A stretch of 64,000 nucleotides of DNA from Scyliorhinus canicula. Taxonomy: Eukaryota. Location of the stretch: assembly GCF_902713615.1 (NCBI RefSeq), contig NC_052162.1:125574653-125638652 (forward strand), in the 5' to 3' direction. The notes beneath the pieces are model-generated. The model was given only the letters and a program-made list of their open reading frames with translations. It ran no database searches and was not told where the DNA came from. Made by a program: the position numbers and the translations under genes. Shown here one piece after another: positions 11,239 to 23,206 of this stretch. How positions within the stretch are numbered: the stretch's first letter is position 1; each line of letters begins with the position of its first letter.

Positions 11239-11904
11239 ATGCGGAAATGTGGTGACTGTGGGAAAGGATTCCAGTCCCCATCTGCACTTGAAACCCATCG
11301 ACGCAGTCACACTGGGGAGAGGCCATTCACCTGCTCTCAGTGTGGGAAAGGTTTTACTCAGTTATCCGCCCTGCAAACACACCAGCGGGTCCACACTGGG
11401 GAGAGGCCATTCATCTCCTCTGAGTGTAGCCAGGAATTCAGTCAGTTATCCCACCTTGTGACACACCAGCGAGTTCACACTGGTGAAAGGCCATTCACCT
11501 GCTCTCAGTGTGGGAAGGGATTCACTGATCCATCCTACCTGTTGATACACCAGCGGGTTCACACTGGGGAGAAGCCATTCACCTGTTCTCAGTGTGGGAA
11601 GGGTTTTAGTCAGTCATCCCAACTGCTAACACACCAGTGGGTTCACACCGGGGAGAGGCCATTCATCTGCTCCGAATGTGGAAAGGGATTCACTGATTCA
11701 TCCGCCCTGCAGAAGCACCGGCGAGTTCACACTGGGGAGAAGCCGTTCACCTGCTCTGACTGTGGGAAAGGATTCGCTCAGACTTCCCAACTGCTGACTC
11801 ACCAGCAGGTTCACACAGGGGAGAGACCGTTCTCCTGCTCTGACTGTGGGAAGAGATTCACTCAGGTGTCCAACCTGCTGAGGCACCAGTGTGTTCACAA
11901 GTGA
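11239..11904 (+). CDS. C2H2 zinc-finger protein B (8 fingers, finger 3 lacks the first Cys), no effector domain
   Basis: 221-aa ORF with TGERPF/TGEKPF linkers. Confidence 0.85.
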   Translation: MRKCGDCGKGFQSPSALETHRRSHTGERPFTCSQCGKGFTQLSALQTHQRVHTGERPFISSECSQEFSQLSHLVTHQRVHTGERPFTCSQCGKGFTDPSYLLIHQRVHTGEKPFTCSQCGKGFSQSSQLLTHQWVHTGERPFICSECGKGFTDSSALQKHRRVHTGEKPFTCSDCGKGFAQTSQLLTHQQVHTGERPFSCSDCGKRFTQVSNLLRHQCVHK

Positions 11905-11969
11905 TTAAAGGGGTTGGAATCTGTTGTTATTGCTGCTGTTAATCACATCCACAATTGAATTGTAACATA

Positions 11970-13244
11970 GAATCATATAATCTCTACAGTGCAAAAAGAG
12001 GCAATTTGGCCCATCGAGTCTGTACCGACCCTTGGAAAGAGTACCCCACATAGGCCCATGCCCTGACACTTATCCCCGTAACCCAGTAACCTCACTTAAT
12101 CTCTCTCAGACACTAAGGGACAATTTAGCACCTAACCTGCACATCTTTGGTCTGTGTGAGGAACCCGGAGCACCCGGAGGAAACCCACGCAGATACTGGG
12201 AGAAAGTGCAAACTCCACACAGACAGTCACCCATGACCGGAATTGAACCCGGGTCCCTGGCGCTGTGAACCAGGAGTGTGAACCACTGTGCCACCGAGCT
12301 GTCCCTGTGCCACCAAGCCGTCCCTGGGCCAGAGCCGTCCCTGAGCCACCGAGCCGTCCCTGGGCCAGAGCCATCCCTGTGCCACCGAGCCGTCCCTGTG
12401 CCACCGAGCCGTCCCTGTGCCACCGAGCTGTCCCTGTGCCATCCATGTGCCACCGAGCCGTCCCTGTGCCACCGAGCCCTCCCTGTGCCACCGAGCCGTC
12501 CCTGTGCCACCGAGCCGTCCCTATGCCACCGAGCCGTCCCTGTGCCACCGAGCCGTCCCTGTGCTACCGAGCCATCCCTGTGCCACCATGCCGTCCCTGT
12601 GCCACCGAGCCGTCCCTGTGCCACCGATCCGTCCCTGTGCCACCGAGCCGTCCCTGTGCCATCATGCCGTCCCTGTGCCACCGATCCGTCCCTGTGCCAC
12701 CGATCCGTCCCTGTGCCACCGAGCCGTCCCTGTGCCGTCCCTGTGCCACCGAGCCGTCCCTGTGCCGTCCCTGTGCCACCGAGCCGTCCCTGTGCCACCG
12801 AGCCGTCACTGTGCCATCATGCCGTCCCTGTGCCACCAATCCGTCCCTGTGCCACCGAGCCATCCCTGTGCCACTGAGCCGTCCCTGTGCCACCGAGCCC
12901 TCCCTGTGCCACCGAGCCGTCCCTGAGCTAACATGACGTCCCTGAGCTAACATGACGTCCCTGTGCCACCGAGCTGTCCCTGTGCCACCGAGCCGTCCCT
13001 GTGCCACTGGGCTGTCCTGGTGCCACTGATTCATCCCTGTGCCACTGAGCCGTCCCTGTGCCACTGAGCTGTCCCTGTGCCACCGTGCTGCCCATGTCAT
13101 CGTGCCGTCCCTGTGCCACCGAGCCTTCCCTGTGCCACCGAGCCATCCTTGTGCCAGCGTGCCGACCCTGTACCACCGCGTTGTCCCAGTGCCACCGTGC
13201 CGTCCCTGTGCCACCGTGCCATCCCTGTGCCATCGTGCTGCCCC
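11970..13244 (-). mobile_element. HE1-type SINE with CR1-like tail whose 5' head is expanded into a minisatellite
   Basis: V-domain at 12130-12260, with the head ending in GTGCTGCCCC at ~13243. Confidence 0.8.
12286..13235. repeat. GC-rich minisatellite, 19-bp unit CCGTCCCTGTGCCACCGAG (~50 copies)
   Basis: Directly visible tandem array that accounts for the many repetitive ORFs here. Confidence 0.95.
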
Positions 13245-13533
13245 AAACATAAAGGATTAACAGCTGGGATGTACTAATGTATGAGACGGATGATGATGTC
13301 CCGGTGGCATCAGCCCATCGTGTGTTAGACTCCGAGAGATTGGAATCCTGTCTCTGAGCAGCATGCCTGCTCTGTAACCTGTTCAGATGTTGTTCTAATA
13401 AACTATTTTTAAGCAGATATCAAAAGATGTCTCTAGTTTGTGTCGGAGCCGATAGTCCAATATAGAAGGACATATCAAAGAACATGGTGGTAGCGTTGAA
13501 GATGTTGATGTAAAAAACATTTTGGCCATATCG

Positions 13534-13742
13534 AAGGAGGAGGTTCACTGGGGGGAGAGGTAATGATGACCCTCCCTGCTGAGCAATCCCTGTCCTTGTT
13601 CTGGAGGAGGGGGTTCACTGGAGGGAGAGTTAATGATGACCCTCCCTGCTGAGCAATCCCTGTCCTTGTCTTGGAGGAGGAGGTTCACTGGAGGGAGAGG
13701 TAATGATGACCCTCCCTGCTGAGGGACAGTCCCTGTCCTTGC
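13534..13742. repeat. ~70-bp tandem repeat x3 inside the LTR element
   Basis: GGAGGAGGTTCACTGGAGGGAGAGGTAATGATGACCCTCCCTGCTGAG repeated three times. Confidence 0.85.
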
Positions 13743-14249
13743 CCCACCCGCAGAGAGGCCAGCAGTGCGGGTTGTGGAAACACCATTTTCTCTGGTACCA
13801 AGCTTCATCAGGTCTTCACAAAATGAAGCAAAAGCTTCAAGTCAGCACCTTTCTTGTCTGTTACTGGACCGACTGCATCAACGTTCTCAAAGGCAGGTGT
13901 GCAGGCGTCACTGCAGACTTTGTGTACATTCTCTAAAATGTTGACACGTATTTTAGACGGCTACAGAACCCCTGGAGACTAATTTGGGAGGGGGTGGGGA
14001 GAGATGTAGTATAACGGGTTAACAGATGGCACATGTTACTGTATGATGTGGATGCTGATTTATTAACATGTGTTAGACTCTCAAGGGAGGGTTGAAATCG
14101 CGCCGAGGAGTAACAGGCCCACTCTGTAACTTATTTAGATGTAGAACTAATAAACAAGTGTTAAACAGACACCGGAGTAAGTCTATAGCCTATGAACCAA
14201 GTCCCATGTCTAGAGTCCAATCTAAAGGACACATCTCAGAATAGGGATG

Positions 14250-14500
14250 TTTGGTTTGTGTTTCCTGTCTGCAAAAACCTCTCTACTCATCGCCTGGGAA
14301 AGGAGATTACAAAGGACATCGCTGTAAATAAAGGGCAGAAATCCAGAACTGACAATTCCAGTCATCAGAGAACATCCTTTTCCTTCTCAAACTATAAATC
14401 ACTGTTCCCCCGCACACTCCCTATTGATTGTAACCCTAATGTATCCTCCCATCACCCTGCCATGGGCACCTCACTAACAGAGAGACAGGAAGGTGCTGGA
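14250..14500 (-). pseudogene. Highly diverged relic of the ZNF leader intron/exon module
   Basis: Weak colinear similarity to 23540-23760. Confidence 0.45.
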
Positions 14501-14936
14501 GGATGGACTGGGAAAGGGGCCTCCACCAATCAGGGCCTGAGGGGGGTGGGCGTGGTGTTATTGGGGCTGATGGTGCCGTGCCCACAGGGTTCAGTGCCCG
14601 TGTCCAAAGCAGGGAGTCACAGGAACAGGGTACACAGGAACCAAAGAGAAACCATTTGGATCCTGAGCATTGTGAACATCCTTTACTCTGGTTGTCTTTG
14701 ATCCTCAAATTATTTTCTATTTCTCACCTTGTCTGTTTGATTAATAAACGTTTATTATGAAAATATTTGATTTTCTGGACTTTTCATGATTAGATTGATG
14801 CACTTTAGGGAAAGTGGGTGAGAGGGGTTGACAGGCTCTTTGACAGAAAGTGCGTCCCTCCAAGGTAATTGGCAAAGGAGCCAGAGGGGGAGATGAGATA
14901 TTGTTTTTGACACAGCGATGTTAGGAATGGGGTTCA

Positions 14937-15140
14937 GGGGCGACACGGTTGTGCAGTGGTTAGCACTGCTGCCTACGGCACTGAGGACCTGGAGTCTATC
15001 CCGGCCCCAGGTCACTGTCTGTGTGGAGCTGCACATTCTCCCCGTGTCTGCGTGGGTCTCACCCCCACAACCCAAAGATGTGAAGATAGGTGGATTGGCC
15101 ATGCTAAATTTACGCTTAACTGGAAACTCTAAATTTTAGG
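14937..15140 (+). mobile_element. HE1/V-SINE
   Basis: tRNA-like head plus V-domain. Confidence 0.8.
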
Positions 15141-16694
15141 GAGGCAATTAGCCCATTTTCCCCTTTTCCCAAACTCTGAAATGATTCACAGTGATAACCC
15201 TTATTGGTGACAGTGGTTAGATGTTATTCAGTATAAACAAGAGCTGACACAGGCTAATGTCTGAGCAGTAATATCAAAGGGCAGCAGCATTCCCATTACA
15301 CTCTGGGTAGAAGCACCATCTCCAGGTAAATGCTCCCTGCTCTGCCCCAGATGCCATGGTACCAATCAGTGGAATATGTAAAACCTCAACAAATCTCTGC
15401 TCGGGGAATCCCTTCTTATACTTTATTACATCACAAAGTCTATGGAGACTGATTTAACCCAATCATTGCCGAGCTAACATTACAAAACCTGTCATTGAAC
15501 TATCTGTACCCGCCCAAGCCACGTCAAACTCTCAAACAATTGTCTTCCCCACGCTCCGTCCCCGGTACAGGGAGTCAGCATTCCCATGCCAAGCAGTGAA
15601 AACATGGTGGCCTTGACACCCAGGTGTTGTCTAGGATTCCAGGCACTCATTTTCTCTGTCCTCTGGGAGCTGTTTATCTCCCTGTTCCCACACAGCAAAT
15701 CGTCTGTTCTCAGCTCTGCTCGATTTCTGCTGGAGTTTGGTCCCTTTTACACCTTTCGGATCAATAAAACATTTGGTCAGTGAAGACCCAAACCACAATT
15801 TCCCATCCTGTCACCTGTCAACCATCCTTACCCAGAGCGTAATCACAACAGGAATAAAAACAGGAGAAGTGTAACAATCGAATTCAAAATAAATCCACAG
15901 CCAGTCATAGAATTTAATTTAATGTTCACTAATTAGCAAGAAAACCCGAAGTAGGGAGTCTCCCAGGAATCTTACAGTCCGCACTTCGAGGGGGAGGAGA
16001 ACTCTCTCTCCAACCCCTCATTCAATTTCACTCCGTTATTTTCCCGTTCTGTTCTGGCTCCGCCTGGGACAACATCGATTTAATCTTTTCTTCTCCTGAA
16101 GGAGCACCACGAGTTCCAGGTTCCTGGTACATTAGGACAGATGCTTCAAGGAACAGATCAAACATGGATGTAAAAGATTCTCCAGCTCTCTCTTTGTGGA
16201 CAGTTCTTACACAGTATTATTTCTCCCAAGCCCTTCATTGTCCCATTATCGCTTTAATTTCACTCCCACTTTGCCCATGTCCAGTGTGTTTAATTCTATC
16301 CGGATTGTTTTAAAGTCAGTTTCTCTCTGGAGTGTGTGTCAATGTCTTGATGATGTCACAATGGTGTCTCAATCCCCTGGCCACATTAACCATTTCATCT
16401 CCTGCTGTGTCTCCAGTAGCTGTGTGTGTTTGGGACCCAGTCTTCAGTCCATTTCACCATGAATTTAGACTTGTTATTTTTCACATGTAACAAATCACAT
16501 CTGCACACCCACACCGGGATCCCAAAATCATGTCACATATACTTAACTCTCAGATGCGCTGATGAAAATATCAAAGTGAGTGTCTGTCTTTCTGATCTGC
16601 CCTGTTATGGAGCTGATATTTCATGTCGTGGCCGGGCTTTCAAATGTGGATTTCTTTAAAACAAAGTTCATGGGCCAGGATGTAAATATATCTG

Positions 16695-16903
16695 GGTGGC
16701 ACAGTGGTTAGCACTGCTACCTCACAGCGCTGAAGACCCGGGTTCGATCCCAGCACCAGGTCACTGTCTGTGAGGAGTTTGCACATACCCCCGTGTCTGC
16801 GTGGGTCTGACCTCCACAACCCAAAGATGTGCAGGGTAGGAAGATTGGCTAAATTGCCCCTTTATTGGAATAAAATAATTGGGTCCTCTAAATTTTTTTT
16901 TAA
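16695..16903 (+). mobile_element. HE1/V-SINE
   Basis: A/B-box-like head plus V-domain. Confidence 0.8.
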
Positions 16904-17231
16904 AGCATGTAAATATTTCCAAGAGGAAGTGATCAACTTATTCATCCCATCTACACATTCCAGACTTTCACTAAAGCATCAAAGGATACCAGACTGATAT
17001 ATTCCATTCAACCACACCCAAGGTAAACGTTCCAATCATTCATTATCCAGGACAATATTCCCAGTATCTTTCAAACAAAAATTAAACATTCCCGTCCGAT
17101 CCCAGGTATTAACATATTCTGTTTGTTTGTTCAGGTCAGGCTGGGATTGTTCACCTTGGAGCAAAGGAGGTCGAGGGGAGATTTGAGAGAGGTGGAAAAG
17201 ATTATGACAAGTTTATTTGATGTATTATTGT

Positions 17232-19117
17232 CACATAGAACATAGAGATATAGAGAAATACAGCACAGAACAGGCCCTTCGGCCCACGATGTTGTAACAA
17301 ACTTTTGTCATAGGTTAATCATAGATCATAGAATTTTGGACACGAAGGGCAATTTATCATGGCCAATCCACCTGACCTGCACATCTTTGGACTGTGGGAG
17401 GAAACCGGAGCACCCGGAGGAAACCCACACACAAACGGGGAGAATGTGCAGACTCCACACAGACAGTGACCCAAGCCGGAATAGAACCTGGGACCCTGGA
17501 GATGTGAAGCAATTCTGCTATCCACAATGCTACCGTGCTGCCCTTAAGAACAAATTAATCAGGGCAGCACGGTGGCCTAGTGGTTAGCACAGCTGCCTCA
17601 CGGCGCTGAGGTCCCAGGTTCGATCCCGGCTCTGGGTCATTGTCCGTGTGGAGTTTGCACATTCTCCCCGTGTCTGCGTGGGTTTCACCCCCACAACCCA
17701 AAAATGTGCAGAGTAGGTGGATTGGCCATGCTAAATTGCCCCTTAATTGGAAAAAATAATTGGGTAATCTAAATTTTAAAAAAAAGAACAAATTAATCTA
17801 CACTCCATTATTCTACCATAATCCATGCACCTATCCAATCGCCACTTGAAGGTCCCTAACGTTTCCGACTCAACTACTTCCACAGGCAGTGCATTCCATG
17901 CCCCCACTACTCTCTGGGTAAAGAACCTACCTCTGACATCCCCCCCTATATCTTCCACCATTCACGTTAAATTTATGTCCCCTTCTAATGGTTTGTTCCA
18001 CCCGGGGAAAAAGTCGCTGTCTATCTATTCCCCTGATCATCTTATAAACCTCTATCAGGTCACCCCTCATCCTTCTCCTTTGCACCTTTTCCAAAGCTTC
18101 CACATCCTTCCTAAAATGAGGCGACCAGAACTGCACACAGTACTCCAAATGTGGCCTTACCAAGGTTTTGTACAGCTGCATCATCACCTCACGGCTCTTA
18201 AATTCAATCAATCTGGTAATGAACGCTAGCACACCATAGGCCTTCTTCACAGCTCTATCCACTTGAGTGGCAACTTTCAAAGATCTATGAACATAGACCC
18301 CAAGATCTCTCTGCTCCTCCACATTGCCAAGAACCCTACCATTAACCCTGTATTCCGCATTCATATTTGTCCTTCCAAAATGGACAACCTCACACTTGTC
18401 AGGGATAAATTCCATCTGCCACTTCTCAGCCCAGCTCTGCATCCTGTCTATGTCTCTTTGCAGCCGACAACAGCCTTCCTCACTATCCACAACTCCCCCA
18501 ATTTTCGTATCATCTGCAAATTTACTGACCCATCCTTCAACTCCCTCATCCAAGTCATTAATGAAAATCACAAACAGCAGAGGACCCAGAACTGATCCCT
18601 GTGGTCCACCACTGTAACTGGGCTCCAGGCTGAATATTTGCCATCCACCACCACTCTCTGACTTCTATTGGTTAGCCAGTTTGTTATCCAACTGGCCAAA
18701 TTTCCCACTATTCCATGCCTCCTTACTTTCTGCATAAGCCTACCACGGGGAACCTTATCAAATGCCTTACTAAAATCCATGTACACTACATCCACTGCTT
18801 TATCTTCATCCACATGCTTGGTCACCTCCCCAAAGAAGTCAATAAGACTTGTAAGGCAAGACCTACGCCTCACAAATCTGTGCTGACTATCCCTAATCAA
18901 GCAGTGTCTTTCCAGATGCTCAGGAATCCTATCCCTCAGTACCCTTTCCATTACTTTGCCTACCACCGAAGTAAAACTAACTGGCCTGTAAGTCCCAGGG
19001 TTATCAACAGGGACACAACATTCGCCACTCTCCAATCCCCTGATACCACCCCTGTTGATAGTGAGGACGAAACGATCATTGCCAACGGCTCTGCAATTTC
19101 ATCTCTTGCTTCCCATA
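17232..19117 (-). mobile_element. CR1 LINE 3' portion (RT) carrying two SINE insertions in its 3' UTR
   Basis: ORFs 17927-18571 and 18568-19035 contain YMDFSKAFDKVP and KFADDTK. SINEs at 17320-17543 (-) and 17561-17783 (+, 15-bp TSD AAGAACAAATTAATC). Confidence 0.9.
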
Positions 19118-22027
19118 AGTATACAGTGAAACGTATTGTTTCTTGCATGCTATACAGACAACGCATACTGTACATAGGAAAGGAAGGCGAGAGTGCAGAA
19201 TATAATGTTACAGTTATAGCTAGGGTGTAGAGAAAAGATCAACTTAATACGAGGTAGGTCCAAAGTCTGATGGCAGTAGGGAAGAAGCTGTTCTTGAGTC
19301 GGTTGGTACGTGACCTCAAACTTTGGTATCTTTTTCCTGACGGAAGAAGGTGGAAGGGAGTATGTCTGAGGTACGTGGGGTCCTTAATTATCCTGGCTGC
19401 CTTTCCGAGACAGCAGGAATTGTAGGCAGAGTCAATGGATGGGAGGCTGATTTGCGTGATGTATTTGGCTACATTCACGACCTTTTGCAATTTACTGCGT
19501 TCTTGGGAAGAGTAAGCTCCATCCCAAGCTGTGATACAACCAGAAAGAATGCTTTCTATGGTGCATCTGTAAATGTTGTTGAGACATGCCAAATTTCCTT
19601 AGTCTTCTGAGAAAGTAGAGTCATTGGTGGGCTTTCTTAACTATAGTGTCAGCATGGGGGGGACCAGGGCAGGTTGTTGGTGATCTGCACACCTAAAAAC
19701 TTGAAGTTCCCGACCCTTTCTACTTCGTTCCCATTGATGTAGACAGGGGCATGTTCTCCATTACGTTTCCTGACATCGATGACAATCTCCTTCGTTTTGT
19801 TGACATTGAGGGGGAGATTATTGTCGTTGCACCAGTTCACCAGATTCTCTATCTCATTCCTGTACTCTGTCTCGTCATTGTTTGAGATCCGACCCACTAC
19901 GGTGGTGTCATCAGCAAATTTGAAAATCGAGTTGTAGGGGCGGGGGGGTGGGGAAATATTTTGATGCAGCGAATGGTAATGACCTGGAACTTGCCAACTG
20001 TGAGGGGGAGGTGTTGTGTGGAAATGAAGACAATGGAGAATTTCAAACGGAAATTGGATCGGTATTTGAGGGAACTAAATTGCAGGGCTGCAGGGATAGA
20101 ATGGGGCACTGGGAACATATCAGCCATGACAGAGTCAATGGATGGGAGGCAGGTTCGTGTGAGGGACTGGGCCGCAGTGTTGACGTTGGTGGACCAGGAC
20201 AGATTGTTGGTGACTTGCACACCGAGCAATTTGAAGCTGTCAACCATCTCCCCCTCGGCACCACTGATGCAGACAGGGGTGTGTAAGATATTTTGCTTCC
20301 TGAAGTAAATGACCAGCTCCTTAGTTTTGCTGACATTGAGGGAGAGATTGTTGCCATTACGCCACGCCACTAGGTTCTCTATCTCCCTCCTGTACTCTGA
20401 CTCATCGTTGTTTGAGATCCGACCCACTGCAGTCGTGTCATCGGCAAACATGGAGCGGGAGCCAAATTTTGCCACACAGTCGTGTGTGTACAGGGAATAC
20501 TGTAGGGAGCTAAGTACACAGCCTTGTGGGGCCCCTGTATTGAGGACTAACGCAAAGGAGGAGGCATTGTTGTTTATCCTTACTGATTGTGGTTTATGTA
20601 TCAGGAAGTTGAATATCCAGTTGCAGGGGGAGGAGCCAAGTCCTAGGTTTTGATATGAGCTTGGCTGGGATTATGGAGTTGAAGGCAGAGCTGTCGTTAA
20701 TGAATAGGAGTCTGACATAGGAGTCCTTGTTGTCGAGATGCTCCAGGAATGAGTGTAAGGCCAGGGAGATGGCGGTGGCGTCTGTGGTGGACAGGTAGGG
20801 CCATGGCATCTGTGGTGGACAGGTAGGGCCATGGTGTCTGCGGGGGACAGGTAGGGCCATGGCGACTGCGGTGGACCGCTTGCGGCGGTATGCAAATTGC
20901 AGTGGATCAAGGCACTCTGGAAGTCTGGAGTTGACGTGTCTCATGGCCAACCTCTCGAAGCTCATGATAATGATCGATGCCAAGGCCACCGAATGGTAGT
21001 CGTTGAGGCACGTTGCCTGGTTCTCCTTTGCCACCGGTATGGATGGTGCTCGTCTTGAAGCAGGTGGGAATCTCGGAATGGAGTAGGGAGAAGTTGAGGA
21101 TGTCCGGAAACACGTCCGCCAGTTGGTCCGTGCAGTATCTGGGTGCAGGACGAGGGATCCCGTCAGGACCTGCCGCTTACCGAGGGTTCACTTTCAAGAA
21201 GGCCGATCTGACTTTGGAGGCTGTGACGGTTGGTATGTCACAGGTTTGTGTGTCCAAGGTTGCTGGAGCAGTTGTCAAAGGTTTGTTGGTTTCCTGTTGA
21301 AGTGAACAGAGAATGCATTGAATTTGTCGGGGAGGGGTGCCCTGTTGCCAAAGATTCTTTTCGGCTTCGCAGCTCATTATGTTGTTGAATCCTTGCCTCA
21401 ACCGAGGAGAGTCCATGTCATTAGTCTGTGACTCTAGCTTAGTCTGGTATTGTTTCTTGACGTCCCTAGTGGCTTTGTGGAGGTCGTACCTAGATTTCTT
21501 GTATAGGTCAGGGTCACCTGTCTTGAATGCCTCAGACGTGGCCTTCAGTACGGAGTGAATCTCCCGATTAAACCATGGTTTCTGGTTGGGTAACATAGAT
21601 ATTACTTTCTTTGACACACAATCTTCTACACACTTGCTGATGAAGTCTGTGATGGTGCTGGCAAACTCGTTTAGGTTGGCTGCTGGGTTCTTGAATATGG
21701 ACCAGTCCACTGACTCCAAGCAGTCACGGAGGAGCCCTTCTGTTGCCTCGGACCAGCATTTGCACGACATTCTTAACCAGATTCTCCCGTTACGTTTCTG
21801 CTTGTATGCCAGGAGAAGGAGATCCATCTTATGGTCCGATTTTCCGAAGTGCGGTTGGGGGATGGATTGAGAGGCGGCCTTGATGTTTGTGTTGCAGTGG
21901 TCAAGGTTGTTGGGGCCCCTGTTGGGACAGGAGATGTGGTGGTCGAATTTTGGCTGTACACTCGAGGTTGGCCTGGTTAAAGTCCCCGGCCACGATGAAC
22001 AAGGCCTTCGGGTATTCTGCTTCATTG
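19118..22027 (-). mobile_element. Rex1/Babar LINE remnants (two partly redundant copies: ~19118-19935 and ~20125-22027)
   Basis: [62 protein letters not shown] and GKSDH motifs. Confidence 0.85.
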
Positions 22028-23206
22028 TTAGGTATGACCTCGCTCGTGTTTGATCAGGTTGGATGAGGTTCTAAAGCTCTTTGTGCAGTGAGAGCAGCTG
22101 AACGGTCTCTCCTCAGAGTGAATGCGCTGGTGGGACATCAGTAGCTGAGAGCTTTTGAAACCCCTCCTGCAGTCAGAGCATTTAAAGGCCCTGCTCTTGG
22201 TGTGAGTGACATTGTGTTTCAGCAGGCTGGATGATTGAGTGAATCCCTTATCACACACGGAGCAGATGAATGGCCTCTCCCCGGTGTGAAGTCGCTGGTG
22301 TGTCTGCAGGCTGGATAACTGAGTGAATCCTTTATCACACACAGAGCAGATGAATGGCTTCTCCCCAGTGTGAACGCTCTGGTGTCTCTTCAGGTAGGAT
22401 AACCGAGCGAATCCCTTATCACACACAGAACAGATGAATGGCCTCTCCCCAGTGTGAACTCGCTGGTGGTTCTGCAGGTTGGATAACCGAGCGAATCCCT
22501 TATCACACATGAAGCAGATGAATGGCCTCTCCCCAGTGTGAACACGCTGGTGTGACTGCAGGCTGGATAACTGAGTGAATCCCTTATCACACACAGAGCA
22601 GATGAATGGCCTCTCCCCAGTGTGAAGTCGCTGGTGCCTATGAAGGTAGGATAACTGAGTGAATCCTTTATCACACACAGAGCAGATGAATGGCCTCTCC
22701 CCAGCGTGAAGTCGCTGGTGTCTCTGCAGGTTGGATAACTGAGTGAATCCCTTATCACACACAGAGCAGATGAATGGCCTCGCCCTGGTGGGAGAGCTCT
22801 GGTGTCTCTTCAGGTCGGATAACTGAGCGAATCCCTTATCACACACAGAGCAGATGAACGGCTTCTCCCCGGTGTGATATCGCTGGTGTGTCCGCAGGTG
22901 GGATAACCGAGTGAATCCCTTATCACACACAGAGCAGACGAATGGCCTCTCCCCGGTGTGAACTCGCTGGTGGTTCTGCAGGTTGGTTAAATGAGTGAAT
23001 CCCTTCCCACAGTCTGAGCAGGTGAATGGCCTCTCCCCAGTGTGAACTCGTTCATGTCTCCGCAGGTTGCCAATGACAGCGAATCCCTTTTCACACTGAG
23101 AGCAGGTGAAAGGCCTCTCTCCAGTGTGATTGTGTTGATGACTTTCCAGCTGGCACAGGGCTGTGAATCCCATCCCACAGTCCTCACATTTCCATGGTTT
23201 CTCCAT
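22028..23206 (-). CDS. C2H2 zinc-finger protein C (392 aa, 14 fingers, finger 5 lacks the last His), no effector domain
   Basis: ATG at 23206 (MEKPWKC...). The ORF track starts at an upstream GTG. The stop codon lies at the Rex1 junction. Confidence 0.9.
   Translation of the reverse strand: MEKPWKCEDCGMGFTALCQLESHQHNHTGERPFTCSQCEKGFAVIGNLRRHERVHTGERPFTCSDCGKGFTHLTNLQNHQRVHTGERPFVCSVCDKGFTRLSHLRTHQRYHTGEKPFICSVCDKGFAQLSDLKRHQSSPTRARPFICSVCDKGFTQLSNLQRHQRLHAGERPFICSVCDKGFTQLSYLHRHQRLHTGERPFICSVCDKGFTQLSSLQSHQRVHTGERPFICFMCDKGFARLSNLQNHQRVHTGERPFICSVCDKGFARLSYLKRHQSVHTGEKPFICSVCDKGFTQLSSLQTHQRLHTGERPFICSVCDKGFTQSSSLLKHNVTHTKSRAFKCSDCRRGFKSSQLLMSHQRIHSEERPFSCSHCTKSFRTSSNLIKHERGHT

Larger units (their letters stand above)
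11961..14243 (+). mobile_element. Old non-autonomous LTR retroelement (two diverged ~240-bp LTRs, PBS, PPT)
   Basis: LTR-like direct repeats at ~13247-13484 (first bases at 11961, split off by the SINE) and 14005-14243, each with AATAAA. PBS-like TGGTGGTAGCG at 13485 and a purine tract just before 14005. Confidence 0.6.

Noticed and set aside
12286-13235. CRISPR-like repeat array
   Set aside because: Head-to-tail units without unique spacers, no cas genes, vertebrate context.
12106-13277. Many 100-230-aa ORFs on both strands
   Set aside because: Artefacts of a stop-poor 19-bp minisatellite.
17561-17640. tRNA genes
   Set aside because: The A/B-box sequences are SINE heads continuing into the V-domain.
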